DNA from: Steroidobacteraceae bacterium
GTDB lineage: Bacteria; Pseudomonadota; Gammaproteobacteria; Steroidobacterales; Steroidobacteraceae
Assembly: GCA_965279735.1 (NCBI GenBank)
Contig: OZ257260.1
Coordinates: 2,161,279-2,225,278 of the forward strand
Length of the DNA stretch: 64,000 nt
Direction: 5' to 3'
Made by a program: the position numbers and the translations under genes. Of the stretch, positions 27,326-36,861 are shown one piece after another (position 1 is the first letter of the stretch; each line of letters opens with the position of its first letter). Under the pieces are notes generated by a model. That model was not told where the DNA came from. It did not search any database and saw only the letters and a program-made list of their open reading frames with translations.

Positions 27326-28407
27326 GTGATTCTCAGCAGCCTCGCGGCATTGCCGCCGAGGATGGCTGTCTTGTCGCTATCGCTCAGGAACGGCGCGTTC
27401 AGGACAAAATCCACGCCAACAGGCCAGTCGAACGGGAAGTCGGTCCCGTAAAGAATCTGGCTGACGCCTGCTTCCGCGACGAGATGCCGCAGTCCTTCCT
27501 CGTGGAAGACCATGGTGTCCACCAGCAACTCCCGCTTGAAGTATTCACTCGGCCGCTTCTTGAGTGCACGGCAATCCGCGCCAGGCCCGCGATCGCACAA
27601 GGCATCGGAGCGGCCGCTGTACGACGCGAGATAACCGCCTGCATGGGCCGCGCAAATCCTCAGGCCAGGAAAGCGGTCCAGTGTGCCTTCAAAAATCAGG
27701 TGCGAGAGGAACACAGTCGTCTCCAGCGGATTGCCGATCGTGTTGCTGAGGAAGCCCTTCCCCTGCAATCGCGCATTGACCGTAGTGCCCGGGGCCGGCT
27801 GCGGATGCATGAAGACCAGCACACCCAGTTCCTCTGCCTTCGCCCAGAACGGATCGAACTTGCCATCCGACAGCTCGATGCCTTCGGCACTTCCGCCAAT
27901 TGAAACGCCGCGGAATCCCTGTCTCGTCACCGCGTCACTCAATTGTTCGGCGGCAAGCTCGGGATACTGCAGGGCGACCGACGCGAGACCCACGAAGCGC
28001 CCCGCTCCCGCCGCACACCAGGCTGCGAGTTTTTCATTCTGGACGCGGACTATCTCGCGGGCCAGCTCGCGCTCGGCGCCATACCACCAGGCGTTGATAC
28101 TCAGCACCTGGACGTCGATGCCTTCCTTGTCGAGGTATTGCAGGCGCTGCGGCCCGAGCGCGAGGCCAGGAGTCGCGACGAGATCCTTCACTGTTGCAGC
28201 GAGCCGTGTACTGCCAAGGAGAGCCTGAACATCCGGGATCACACAGTGGCCATGGACATCGACAACCTTGATCCGGCGCCCGCCGATGGAGACTTGTCGC
28301 CGCGCCTCAAGTGCGTTCGCAACATCTCCAAGCAACCCTGCTCGAAGCAGAGTCATCCCCGCCGTGCCGGCGGCCAGCCCCGCAATGAAATTCCTGCGAC
28401 TCGTCAT
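27322..28407 (-). CDS. Tat-exported amidohydrolase_2 (ACMSD-like) family metal-dependent hydrolase
   Basis: From the ATG at 28407 it reads MTSRRNFIAGLAAGTAGMTLL, a twin-arginine leader. The D-x-H-x-H metal motif is VVDVHGHCVIP. The longest ORF reaches 28461 and would overlap the upstream gene. Confidence 0.8.
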   Translation of the reverse strand: MTSRRNFIAGLAAGTAGMTLLRAGLLGDVANALEARRQVSIGGRRIKVVDVHGHCVIPDVQALLGSTRLAATVKDLVATPGLALGPQRLQYLDKEGIDVQVLSINAWWYGAERELAREIVRVQNEKLAAWCAAGAGRFVGLASVALQYPELAAEQLSDAVTRQGFRGVSIGGSAEGIELSDGKFDPFWAKAEELGVLVFMHPQPAPGTTVNARLQGKGFLSNTIGNPLETTVFLSHLIFEGTLDRFPGLRICAAHAGGYLASYSGRSDALCDRGPGADCRALKKRPSEYFKRELLVDTMVFHEEGLRHLVAEAGVSQILYGTDFPFDWPVGVDFVLNAPFLSDSDKTAILGGNAARLLRIT

Positions 28408-28457
28408 GCCCTGCTCCCTGCCTGTTCCTGATTGTGAAGAACCTGCTGCGGTCCCGC

Positions 28458-30659
28458 TCAAGCGAGCGCGGCTTTCACGCGCTCCGGTGTCAGCGGCAGG
28501 TCCCGAATGCGCCGGCCCGTCGCATGAGCGAATGCATTGGCAATAGCGGCCGCTGCAGGACCCGTAGATCCTTCACCTGCTCCCAGCGAGCGTTCTCCTG
28601 GCCGGTTGATGAGTTCAACTTCGACCTTCGGTACTTCGACCATCGTGAGAATCGGATAGCGCGACCAGTCACGCGTCGTGATGCCGGCCCGGTCGAAACT
28701 CACTGCTTCCTTCAGCGTCCAGCTGGTCGACTGGATGATGCCGCCTTCGATCTGGTTGATCAGGCCATCGGGATTGATGACCAGGCCCGCGTCGACCACG
28801 GCATGAACCTTCGTTACCCGTACCGTGCCGGATGCACGATCAACCTCTACCTCGGCGACTGCCGCTACGTAACACGCGAGATTCTTGTAGCGGGCGAAAG
28901 CAATGCCACGACCCCGACCGCTGCCTTGTTCTCCAGCGCGCCAGCCCGCATTCAATGCGAATTTTTCCAGCACCGCGCGAGCACGCGGATCAGCCAGGTG
29001 AGCAAGCCGGAAAGCGAGCGGATCGGCGCCCGCTGCGAAAGCGAGTTCATCGACAAAGGATTCCAGTGCCCAGACATTTGCGTAGGCACCCAGCGTCCTG
29101 AGTGCGGATACACGAATCGGCATGTCCCTGACCAGGTGATTGACGACGCGTTGACGCGGAAAGTCGTAGAGCGGAATGGCGTTGCGATCGCCACCACCCG
29201 CGGGTTGCGCAATCATGCGGGGCGGCGCCGGTTGCAGAGGATTCTCAAGATCCCAGGCCGCAAGCAGGTTGACGCCGCCGTCCTCCCCTGGCCGGGTCGT
29301 GTGGGTGTTGCTCCATACGTCGTAGTTCCAGTCAACGACACGCTGATCGAGCACGGCGCCCGAGATCTTCATCGTCATCGCGGCGCCATACGGCTCCCAC
29401 GCGAACTCATCCTCCCGCATCCACTGCACTCGGACCGGCCGGCCCGGCACAGCTCGCGCAAGCAACGCGGCATCGAGTGAGACGTCGTCAGCACCATTGT
29501 GTCCATAGCAGCCTGAGCCGGGGATATGGATGCAACGAATGTCGCTTGCCGGCATGCGCAACGCGGCAGCCATTGTCTCCTGCAACGGAAAGACTCCCTG
29601 CGTATGTGTCCACACCGTGAGCTTGTCGTCTGCGAACCCGGCGACAGCACAGGAGGGGCCAATCGAAGCATGCGAAAGATAGGGTTTGCGATAAGTCGCC
29701 TCGATCGTCTTTGCGCCCGGTGGCAACGGTGCCTGCCTGTCGCTGATGACTTTGTCTTCCATTGGCAGCGACAGCAGATGCCGATGGATGCTGGCCGGAT
29801 CCGGAAGATCGCGGCCGCCTGTCCATTTCGCGCTACTGGCGAGTGCCGCGCGCGCCTTTATGGCCTGCTCTTCACGCTGCGCAACGACGCCGAGAAAACT
29901 TCCGTCACGCACCACGGCGATCACGCCGGGCAGCGCCATGATGGATGTCGCGTCGACACTCGCAAGCTTCGCGTCGTACCGGGCCGGGCGCACGATTCGT
30001 CCATGCACCATGCCGGGCAGGCGCAAATCCTGGACGTACGCAGGTGCTCCGGTCACTTTGCCCGGAATATCCAGGCGTGCTGTCCGCTGGCCCACGATCC
30101 TGTGTGCAGAGGCTGCCTTGGGCGCGACTGAACCTGTCGCCTCCCGCTTCAGATCAATGTCAGCGGCCAGTTCACCGTAACCCAGCCGGCGACCGTCGCG
30201 ACTGCTGATCGTCCCGTCGATGACTGACAACGTATCCACTGCAACGCCTAATCTATTTGCCGCGAGACCGATCAGGATCGCACGCACTTCAGCTCCTGCC
30301 AGACGCAACGCAGTGCCGCTGTTCTCGATCGACTGACTGCCTGATGTCACGCCCTCATCGGGCGTCCTGCCCGTATCGCCTGAAATCATCTGCACACGGG
30401 CAAGCGGGAGATCGAGTTCCTCGGCCGCAATCTGCGCGAGGGCCGTCACGATGCCCTGGCCGAGTTCGACCTTGCCTGTGCACACGGTCGCTGTCCCGTC
30501 GGCATTGATGCGGATCCACGCATCGAGCATCCGGTTGCCATTCAGGCTCCCGGGCAGCGTGGGTTGCGCAGCGAATCCGAACTTCGCGTCGAGCGAAAAC
30601 GACACGACGATCGCACCGAGACCGGCGGTAAAGGCGCGGCGTGAGAGCTGGGGATTCAT
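28458..30659 (-). CDS. molybdopterin-binding subunit of an IorB/aldehyde-oxidase-type hydroxylase (xanthine dehydrogenase family)
   Basis: The start is the internal ATG at 30659, which forms an ATGA overlap with the 2Fe-2S subunit stop. The leader MNPQLSRRAFTAGLGAIVVSF is Tat-like. About 733 aa of aldehyde oxidase/XDH a/b hammerhead and Moco domains follow. Confidence 0.85.
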   Translation of the reverse strand: MNPQLSRRAFTAGLGAIVVSFSLDAKFGFAAQPTLPGSLNGNRMLDAWIRINADGTATVCTGKVELGQGIVTALAQIAAEELDLPLARVQMISGDTGRTPDEGVTSGSQSIENSGTALRLAGAEVRAILIGLAANRLGVAVDTLSVIDGTISSRDGRRLGYGELAADIDLKREATGSVAPKAASAHRIVGQRTARLDIPGKVTGAPAYVQDLRLPGMVHGRIVRPARYDAKLASVDATSIMALPGVIAVVRDGSFLGVVAQREEQAIKARAALASSAKWTGGRDLPDPASIHRHLLSLPMEDKVISDRQAPLPPGAKTIEATYRKPYLSHASIGPSCAVAGFADDKLTVWTHTQGVFPLQETMAAALRMPASDIRCIHIPGSGCYGHNGADDVSLDAALLARAVPGRPVRVQWMREDEFAWEPYGAAMTMKISGAVLDQRVVDWNYDVWSNTHTTRPGEDGGVNLLAAWDLENPLQPAPPRMIAQPAGGGDRNAIPLYDFPRQRVVNHLVRDMPIRVSALRTLGAYANVWALESFVDELAFAAGADPLAFRLAHLADPRARAVLEKFALNAGWRAGEQGSGRGRGIAFARYKNLACYVAAVAEVEVDRASGTVRVTKVHAVVDAGLVINPDGLINQIEGGIIQSTSWTLKEAVSFDRAGITTRDWSRYPILTMVEVPKVEVELINRPGERSLGAGEGSTGPAAAAIANAFAHATGRRIRDLPLTPERVKAALA

Positions 30660-31126
30660 CACGCGCGCCCCGTATTCCCGGCCGCTCGCAGCACCGCACG
30701 AACAATACGGTTCTGCGTGCCGCAACGGCAGAAATTGGCTACGAGCGCAGTGCGCACCTCCTGTTCGGAAGGATGCGGCTGCCGATCCAGCAAAGCCTTC
30801 GCGGTCATGATCATGCCGTTGATGCAGTAACCACATTGCGCTGCCTGCTCTTCGATGAAGGCACGCTGCAGGGGATGCAGATTGTCCGTGGTACCCAGTC
30901 CTTCCAGCGTGACGACTTCAGCGTCGCCCACTGAACCGGCAGGCACGACACACGAACGTGTCGCCACCCCGCGGATCAACACCGTGCAGGCGCCACACTG
31001 CCCAAGTCCGCAGCCGAACTTCGGCCCGTTGAGTTCGAGGTCATTGCGCAGGACATACAGAAGCGGTGTGTCCGCTTCAGCCGGGACACTGCGCATCACG
31101 CCATTGACCTTCAGGTCGATCGCCAT
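30659..31126 (-). CDS. (2Fe-2S)-binding small subunit (IorA-like)
   Basis: 155 aa with two cluster motifs: CGLGQCGACTV, and CGYCINGMIM with CRCGT. Confidence 0.9.
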   Translation of the reverse strand: MAIDLKVNGVMRSVPAEADTPLLYVLRNDLELNGPKFGCGLGQCGACTVLIRGVATRSCVVPAGSVGDAEVVTLEGLGTTDNLHPLQRAFIEEQAAQCGYCINGMIMTAKALLDRQPHPSEQEVRTALVANFCRCGTQNRIVRAVLRAAGNTGRA

Positions 31127-31266
31127 TGCGAACTCTCCCCTGGCTGCTGCCGGGCAGCTTTTTTATTGCTGGCGATAGTGCACCGATCGCCCGGCACCGT
31201 CGAGGTCCCAAAGGAATATTCGGCTCCCGAAGGTTTCCGGTTGCCCAATAGTGCGATCATTCGTGC

Positions 31267-32637
31267 ATGACAGCATTTGCCACGATTGATCTGCCTGCCC
31301 CCCTGCACCAGGGCCTCAAGGAAATCGACTACATCGAGATGACACCGGTGCAGGCGCTAAGCCTGCCCGCGATTCTCTCGAGGCGCGACGTGGTGGTGCA
31401 GGCCCAGACAGGCAGCGGCAAAACCGCGGCCTTCGCGCTCGGACTTTTATTCACGCTCGACGCCTCCGTGACCGTGCTGCAGGGACTGGTGCTGTGTCCG
31501 ACGCGGGAACTCGCAGATCAGGTCAGTCGCGAGATCCGGCGACTGGCGCGCTTCATTCCCAACGTCAAGGTCCTCACCCTCTGCGGGGGCATCCCATTGC
31601 GGCCCCATCTCGCATCGCTTGCCCACGAGCCGCACATTGTGGTCGGGACGCCCGGCCGCATCCTCGAGCTGATCCAGAAAAACGCGCTGCCACTGAAGGG
31701 CGTGAAGGTACTCGTGCTGGACGAAGCCGACCGCATGCTGGACATGGGTTTTGCCGACGATCTGGCGAGCATCGTGGAAGCGACGCCAGCCCAGCGCCAG
31801 ACGTTGCTGTTCTCGGCAACGATTCCGCCTTCGATCCGTGAAATGACCGGACAGCTGCAACGCAATCCGCTCGACATCACGGTGGCAAGCAACGAGGAAG
31901 AAACGCTCATCGAGCAGACATTCTTCGAAGTCGACCCCGAACAGAAGCTGGCCGCGCTCGAATCACTGCTGCTGCTCAAGCGGCCCGAATCTGTAGTGGT
32001 GTTCTGCAATACCCGCCAGGAAGTCCGCACGGTAGCGGGCGAACTGGCCGCTCATGAATTCCCGGTGCTGGCGCTGCATGGCGAGCTCGACCAGCGCGAG
32101 CGGGAAGAGATGCTCGTGCAATTCTCCAATCGAAGCTGCACGGTACTGGTCGCGTCCGATGTCGCCGCCCGCGGCCTCGACATCACGGATCTGCCGATGG
32201 TAATCAACTTCGACATGGCCAACGATGCGGATACGCATCTGCATAGAATCGGGCGGACCGGCCGCGCAGGCCGCAAAGGAGTCGCTCTCAGCCTATGCAC
32301 GCCGCGCGAAGCGGGTCGCGCCAACCTGATCGAAGACCGCCTGGGAACTCCTTTGCACTGGGGAAAAATCCCCGCTGCTTCCGCTGGTGCCGCGCAGATG
32401 CTCGCTGCGTTTGTCACGCTCGCGGTGGATGCGGGCCGCAAGGACAAATTGCGACCCGGTGATTTGCTGGGTGCCCTGACAGGCGATGCAGGACTGCCTG
32501 CAACTGCGGTGGGAAAGATCGACGTTTTCCCCACGCGAACCTATGTGGCGATCGCCCGCGAGTGGCATGAGAAGGCGTTGCAACGACTGCGTGCCGGCAA
32601 GATCAAGGGCCGCAACTTCCGCGTGCGAAAAGCCTAG
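31267..32637 (+). CDS. dbpA: ATP-dependent RNA helicase DbpA
   Basis: The Q-motif and Walker A are AQTGSGKTAAF. DEAD is present (VLDEADRMLD), as are SAT and HRIGRTGRAG. The C-terminal DbpA RNA-binding domain reads GDLLGALTGDAGL...GKIDVFP. Confidence 0.9.
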   Translation: MTAFATIDLPAPLHQGLKEIDYIEMTPVQALSLPAILSRRDVVVQAQTGSGKTAAFALGLLFTLDASVTVLQGLVLCPTRELADQVSREIRRLARFIPNVKVLTLCGGIPLRPHLASLAHEPHIVVGTPGRILELIQKNALPLKGVKVLVLDEADRMLDMGFADDLASIVEATPAQRQTLLFSATIPPSIREMTGQLQRNPLDITVASNEEETLIEQTFFEVDPEQKLAALESLLLLKRPESVVVFCNTRQEVRTVAGELAAHEFPVLALHGELDQREREEMLVQFSNRSCTVLVASDVAARGLDITDLPMVINFDMANDADTHLHRIGRTGRAGRKGVALSLCTPREAGRANLIEDRLGTPLHWGKIPAASAGAAQMLAAFVTLAVDAGRKDKLRPGDLLGALTGDAGLPATAVGKIDVFPTRTYVAIAREWHEKALQRLRAGKIKGRNFRVRKA

Positions 32638-33488
32638 TCCGCGGCGTTTTCCTGGCGACCGAGTTCGCGACGAATGGCTTCCTCGCGCGCATCGTCGATC
32701 GCGAGCATGACCGTCTCCACATCGGGAACGGTTTCGTCCTTTGCAAAAACGCCGGTCAGCCGGGTCTCGGGCAGCAGGTCGCCTTTTTCAAAGAGCGCCC
32801 ACATTTCGCCGGCGTAGTCAGTGGTGAGCAGTTCCGGCGCAAAGCGCCCGAGCGTGGCAGTGAGATTGCCGACATCCCGCTGCAGCATCGCGAAGGCGTT
32901 GTTGTTGCCTGCTGCATTCACCGCCTGCGGCAGATCGATGATGACCGGTCCCTCGGCATCGACCAGCACGTTGAATTCGGACAGATCGCCATGGATGAGG
33001 CCCGCACACAGCATGCGCACCACCTGACCCATCAGGAATGCATGGAAGGTCCGTGCCTGCTCCGGTGACAGCTCCACTTCACCGAGACGGGGGGCCGAGT
33101 AACCTGCCGCGTCGGTGACCAGTTCCATGATCAGCACGCCATTGAAGAAACCAAACGGCCGCGGCACCCGTACGCCAGCCGCCTGCAGCTGGTACAGCGC
33201 ATCCACTTCGGTATTCTTCCAGGCGGTTTCCTGTTCCTTGCGGCCAAAGCGCGTGCTTTTCGCCATGGCGCGCGCCTGCCGGCTGCCACGAACCTTGCGT
33301 CCTTCCTGGTACTGCGCGCGTTGCTGGAAGCTGCGCTGGGCCATGTCCTTGTAGACCTTGGCGCAACGAACCTCGGATCCCGAGCGCACGACGTAGACGG
33401 AGGCTTCCTTGCCGCTCTTGAGCTGGCGCATCACCTCGTCGATCAGTCCATCTTCGAGCAGCGGCGCAAGTCCGTCGGGAATTCTCAT
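32634..33488 (-). CDS. RIO1-like atypical serine protein kinase (PA4780 family)
   Basis: 284 aa. GKEASVYVV is the ATP-binding loop, and the catalytic and metal loops are LIHGDLSEFNVLV and IIDLPQAV. Confidence 0.8.
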   Translation of the reverse strand: MRIPDGLAPLLEDGLIDEVMRQLKSGKEASVYVVRSGSEVRCAKVYKDMAQRSFQQRAQYQEGRKVRGSRQARAMAKSTRFGRKEQETAWKNTEVDALYQLQAAGVRVPRPFGFFNGVLIMELVTDAAGYSAPRLGEVELSPEQARTFHAFLMGQVVRMLCAGLIHGDLSEFNVLVDAEGPVIIDLPQAVNAAGNNNAFAMLQRDVGNLTATLGRFAPELLTTDYAGEMWALFEKGDLLPETRLTGVFAKDETVPDVETVMLAIDDAREEAIRRELGRQENAAD

Positions 33489-33569
33489 CGGTTCTGGCAG
33501 GCAGCGGAAAGGGCCGCCACCTTACAGGGTTTCCGCCTCAAGCACCCGGCCGGGTCAGGGGAGGAGGCC

Positions 33570-33968
33570 TCAGGACGTTGCGGCTGCCAGCTGGGGGAAA
33601 GTGCGCGCCGCCACCGTCCGGCATTCCAGCCATTGGGCAACAAGCTGCGAAAGCCGGACCAGGATCTTGGGGTGACGCGTCATGCGCTGCTCATAAAGCC
33701 CGAGGCGCTCCGACAGGTCAGCCTCCTCCCGCAGCCTCTGTGCAATCTCCGCCAGCTTCCTGGCCGCCCCTGCAGGGCTCTGCTCCTCTTCAAGCAGGCG
33801 CCTGGCGGAGTACATGTCCTCGAGCACGGACTGAAGGCCCGCTTTCTCGATATGCCAGAACACCATCGCCAGCTGCCCTGCGGCCTCGACCCACTCGTCA
33901 TGGGACATGGTCTTTGCCATCACTTGCCTCCAGGCAGCCCGAAAACGGAATTGCAGACTCATCGCCAC
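33570..33968 (-). CDS. hypothetical helical protein
   Basis: The ORF lies on the same strand upstream of the RIO kinase. I recognise no motif, and the start is ambiguous (several Met in the first 22 codons). Confidence 0.35.
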   Translation of the reverse strand: MAMSLQFRFRAAWRQVMAKTMSHDEWVEAAGQLAMVFWHIEKAGLQSVLEDMYSARRLLEEEQSPAGAARKLAEIAQRLREEADLSERLGLYEQRMTRHPKILVRLSQLVAQWLECRTVAARTFPQLAAATS

Positions 33969-34181
33969 GGCGACGCAGGCCCAAGCTACAAAACCCGGGG
34001 TGGCTTTGCCATCGCCTTACGGTATTTGAGGCATTAAACGTTTGTAATGTAGGTGCGACAGCGCTCTCGTATCCGAAGGTCATGACGAGCGTACCGCAGC
34101 GCCGCATGCGGACGGCGCACGGGCCAACTTTGCAAACCGTATTCCGTGCGTTACGCTGATGATTCAAGGGGGAATCCACAA

Positions 34182-35225
34182 ATGACAATGAACAGGACCG
34201 CACAGGTCTTAGGGTTGGGGCTGTCCGTGGCCTTGAGCCTTTCGACCGCCGTAGCGCAGAACGCGAACCAGAGCCTCGCGACGCCTCAGTCGCAATTCAA
34301 GCCCATGCCGACACCGGCCGTCGAAGCCCCGGCCAGGGATTTCAAGACGGCGGAAGAGCACTACGCCTATCTGCTGAAGCAGGCCAATGGCGGCACCAGG
34401 CACACCCAGGCCACGATTCCGGACTGGAGCGGATTATGGTCATCCGGTGCCAACACCATGACGGCGACCTTCCTCAAGAGCACGAGCGAAGGAGCACTGA
34501 TGCGGCCGGGCGGCACTGTCAGGGAAGGCATACTGACTCCCGCGTATGAAAAGCAGTTCAAGGACCGCCGTGACGAAATCGGCAAGCTCGGTCAGCAGAA
34601 ATTCGACCGCCTGACACGCTGCGAATTTCCGGGCACAGCACGCTGGCTGTGGGAGCCGTACATCAAGGAGTTCGTCAACACGCCGAAGCAGACGTGGATG
34701 ATGAACGACTTCATGAATGAAACCCGCCGCGTGTACATCAACAGCGAGCACGTCAACATCGATGCGAAGCACTCCGCCACCGGCGACAGCATCGGGTTCT
34801 GGGACAAGGACAAACTGATCGTCTGGACCAAGTGGATCAATCCGGCGGACTACACGCGCGGGATGCCACTGACCAGCAACCAGCTCGAGATGGTGGAAAC
34901 CTGGCAGCTGCGCCATGGCGACAATGGCGCGAAGCAGCTGACCACGCAGGTGACCTATTACGACCGGCTGTCTCTCCTGAAGCCTATTTCGCTGGTCTAT
35001 CTGCAGGAATACCGTCCCGATCTGGAGAAGATCGGGGTGCGTATCCGCAACTGGGAATGCTCGACCAGCAGCAACGACTTCATCGATGCAGAGGGCAATA
35101 CGTCGGTACGTCTGCCGGGCGACCCGGAGTACAAGGACCCGCGCGGCGCAACGGATTACCCGGAACTTCCCGGGCAATCACTTGACCCTATCTTCGATGC
35201 CGAGAACAACGCTCCCGCGCAGTAA
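34182..35225 (+). CDS. secreted hypothetical protein
   Basis: From the ATG at 34182 it reads MTMNRTAQVLGLGLSVALSLSTAVAQ, a signal peptide. The codon usage is typical of the window, and I recognise no family. Confidence 0.6.
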   Translation: MTMNRTAQVLGLGLSVALSLSTAVAQNANQSLATPQSQFKPMPTPAVEAPARDFKTAEEHYAYLLKQANGGTRHTQATIPDWSGLWSSGANTMTATFLKSTSEGALMRPGGTVREGILTPAYEKQFKDRRDEIGKLGQQKFDRLTRCEFPGTARWLWEPYIKEFVNTPKQTWMMNDFMNETRRVYINSEHVNIDAKHSATGDSIGFWDKDKLIVWTKWINPADYTRGMPLTSNQLEMVETWQLRHGDNGAKQLTTQVTYYDRLSLLKPISLVYLQEYRPDLEKIGVRIRNWECSTSSNDFIDAEGNTSVRLPGDPEYKDPRGATDYPELPGQSLDPIFDAENNAPAQ

Positions 35226-35297
35226 TCAGCAATCAGGCGAATGCAGGCGCTGCCCGCGCACGGGCGGCGCCACAAGTATCAAGCGAGAGGAAAGACG

Positions 35298-35768
35298 ATG
35301 AACAAGCTGAATGTCATGACTGCCGCCTTGCTGGCCTCGATCGGCATCGCCGGATCGGCCACTGCGCACCATTCCTTTGCGATGTTCGACCAATCGAAGC
35401 AGACGCTCATCGAAGGCCGCGTCACGGCGTGGAACTACAACAACCCGCATAGCTGGCTGATGATCGAGGCTCCGGATGAAACCGGCAAGCTGCAGACCTG
35501 GAGCTTCGAAGGGGCTGCACCCGTTCATGCGACGCGCCAGGGCGTCACGGGCCAGACCTACCAGAAAGGGGAAGCGGTGCGCGTCATCATGAGCCCCATC
35601 AAGGATGGACGTCGCGCAGGCGCGATGTGTTTCGTCGTGAAAGCCGATGCGACGATCACCCAACCGAATGACGGCACCTGCAACGCTGTACAGGTCATCG
35701 AACGCTGGAAGGCGAAGGGCTGGCTCGATAACAGCAAGCATCTCGAATCCCATTCCACCGCGGACTGA
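35298..35768 (+). CDS. DUF6152-like small secreted protein (mature N-terminus His-His)
   Basis: The ATG at 35298 is preceded by GAGAGGAAAG. The signal peptide MNKLNVMTAALLASIGIAGSATA is followed by HHSFAMFD. The family name is from memory. Confidence 0.6.
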   Translation: MNKLNVMTAALLASIGIAGSATAHHSFAMFDQSKQTLIEGRVTAWNYNNPHSWLMIEAPDETGKLQTWSFEGAAPVHATRQGVTGQTYQKGEAVRVIMSPIKDGRRAGAMCFVVKADATITQPNDGTCNAVQVIERWKAKGWLDNSKHLESHSTAD

Positions 35769-35854
35769 TTCGATCCCGGGCCTGCCCCGGAATGGACAGC
35801 AAATGAGTGTTATGGGGCAGACATAACGCAGAAGGACGTAGATTTTTCAAACAA

Positions 35855-35886
35855 GGCGGCGCCATCGCACCTGTGATGGCGCCGCC
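35855..35886. terminator. perfect 12-bp GC hairpin (GGCGGCGCCATC-8 nt-GATGGCGCCGCC) after the DUF6152-like gene
   Basis: Read directly from the sequence. An A/T-rich run (gatttttcaaacaa) lies on its 5' side on the plus strand, so it gives a U-rich tail only on the minus strand. Confidence 0.5.
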
Positions 35887-36004
35887 GGTGTCCCGCTGGT
35901 GCGGCACGCGTTTTGCTAGTATCCCGGCGTAATGCCGGATATTTCCTCCCGCTTCCTTTCCACCCACGCGCTGCACGCATCCTGCCCGCGCCTGCGAATC
36001 CATC

Positions 36005-36850
36005 TTGTCCACTAGCTTGTCCACTGGCGCCAGCGCAATTGCACTGCAAGCGGCACTTGCCGGTGATGTGCGCCTGCCTGACGGTACCCACGACCTGCAC
36101 ACTGCTTACAGAACCGCGAGGCCCTTCCCGCATGTCGTGATGGACAACCTGTTCTCCACCCCGTTGCTGGATAGTGCAATGGCGGAAGCGCCGCGCATGG
36201 CGCCCGAACAGTGGCTGAACGTGGAACAGGAGAACCTCGAGAAAATCGTGCGCATGCGCTCCGCCATCGAGCTTGGCGACGCAGGCAGCCGGCTGCTCGG
36301 TGTGCTGCACTCGGCTGCGTTCCTGTATCTGTTGTCCGAGATCACGGGCATCTGGCAGCTCCTGCCCGATCCGTACCTGCAGGGAGGCGGACATGCTCTG
36401 ATGCGGAGGGGCGGCTACTTCAAGGTCCATGCAGACCGTAACGTCGCCTACGACACGGGCCTGACGCGGAGGCTGGCATTGATCATTTTTCTCAACCGGG
36501 ACTGGCCACCCGAATATGGCGGACAGCTCGAGCTGTGGAACGCGGAAGCCACGCGCTGCGAAGCGTCCATCGAACCCGTCTTCAACAGGACCATCCTGTT
36601 CGAGGTGGCCTATCCCAACTATCACGGCGTTCCCGCACCGCTGGCCTGCCCGCCCGACCGCGTGCGGCAGTCGTTCATCGTGTACTACCACACGGCAGGC
36701 AGCGACGAAAAACCGAAGCCCCACACTTCGATCTTCGCGCCCCACTTCTATCGCAAGAAGAAATCAGCCCTCAGGAAATTTGCAGCCCAGGTGACGCCGC
36801 CGATCGTGGCGAGCCTGGCGCGCAAGCTGATCGGACCGAAGAAAACCTGA
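36005..36850 (+). CDS. 2OG-Fe(II) oxygenase (prolyl 4-hydroxylase-like)
   Basis: An HxD...H facial triad context is present (YFKVHADRN ... NYHGV). The segment RRLALIIFLNRDWPPEYGGQLELW is typical of the 2OG-FeII_Oxy_2 family. The start is uncertain (TTG at 36005). Confidence 0.7.
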   Translation: MSTSLSTGASAIALQAALAGDVRLPDGTHDLHTAYRTARPFPHVVMDNLFSTPLLDSAMAEAPRMAPEQWLNVEQENLEKIVRMRSAIELGDAGSRLLGVLHSAAFLYLLSEITGIWQLLPDPYLQGGGHALMRRGGYFKVHADRNVAYDTGLTRRLALIIFLNRDWPPEYGGQLELWNAEATRCEASIEPVFNRTILFEVAYPNYHGVPAPLACPPDRVRQSFIVYYHTAGSDEKPKPHTSIFAPHFYRKKKSALRKFAAQVTPPIVASLARKLIGPKKT

Positions 36851-36861
36851 GTTCCCGCGTC

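Noticed and set aside
30660-30836. N-terminal extensions of the longest ORFs, for example 59 extra codons on the Moco subunit. Similar cases are at 37402-37641 (yaeQ), 40191-40316, 41005-41031, 56126-56293, 59527-59643, 52010-52198 and 55995-56381.
   Set aside because: Internal starts give canonical family N-termini or signal peptides, often with an RBS or an ATGA overlap with the upstream gene. The extensions overlap neighbouring genes or look non-coding.
36004-36025. A tandem direct repeat CTTGTCCACT-ag-CTTGTCCACT at the start of the 2OG oxygenase ORF.
   Set aside because: There are only two short copies, overlapping the putative TTG start. It is most simply a chance duplication or part of the promoter or 5' region. 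There is no basis for a functional call.
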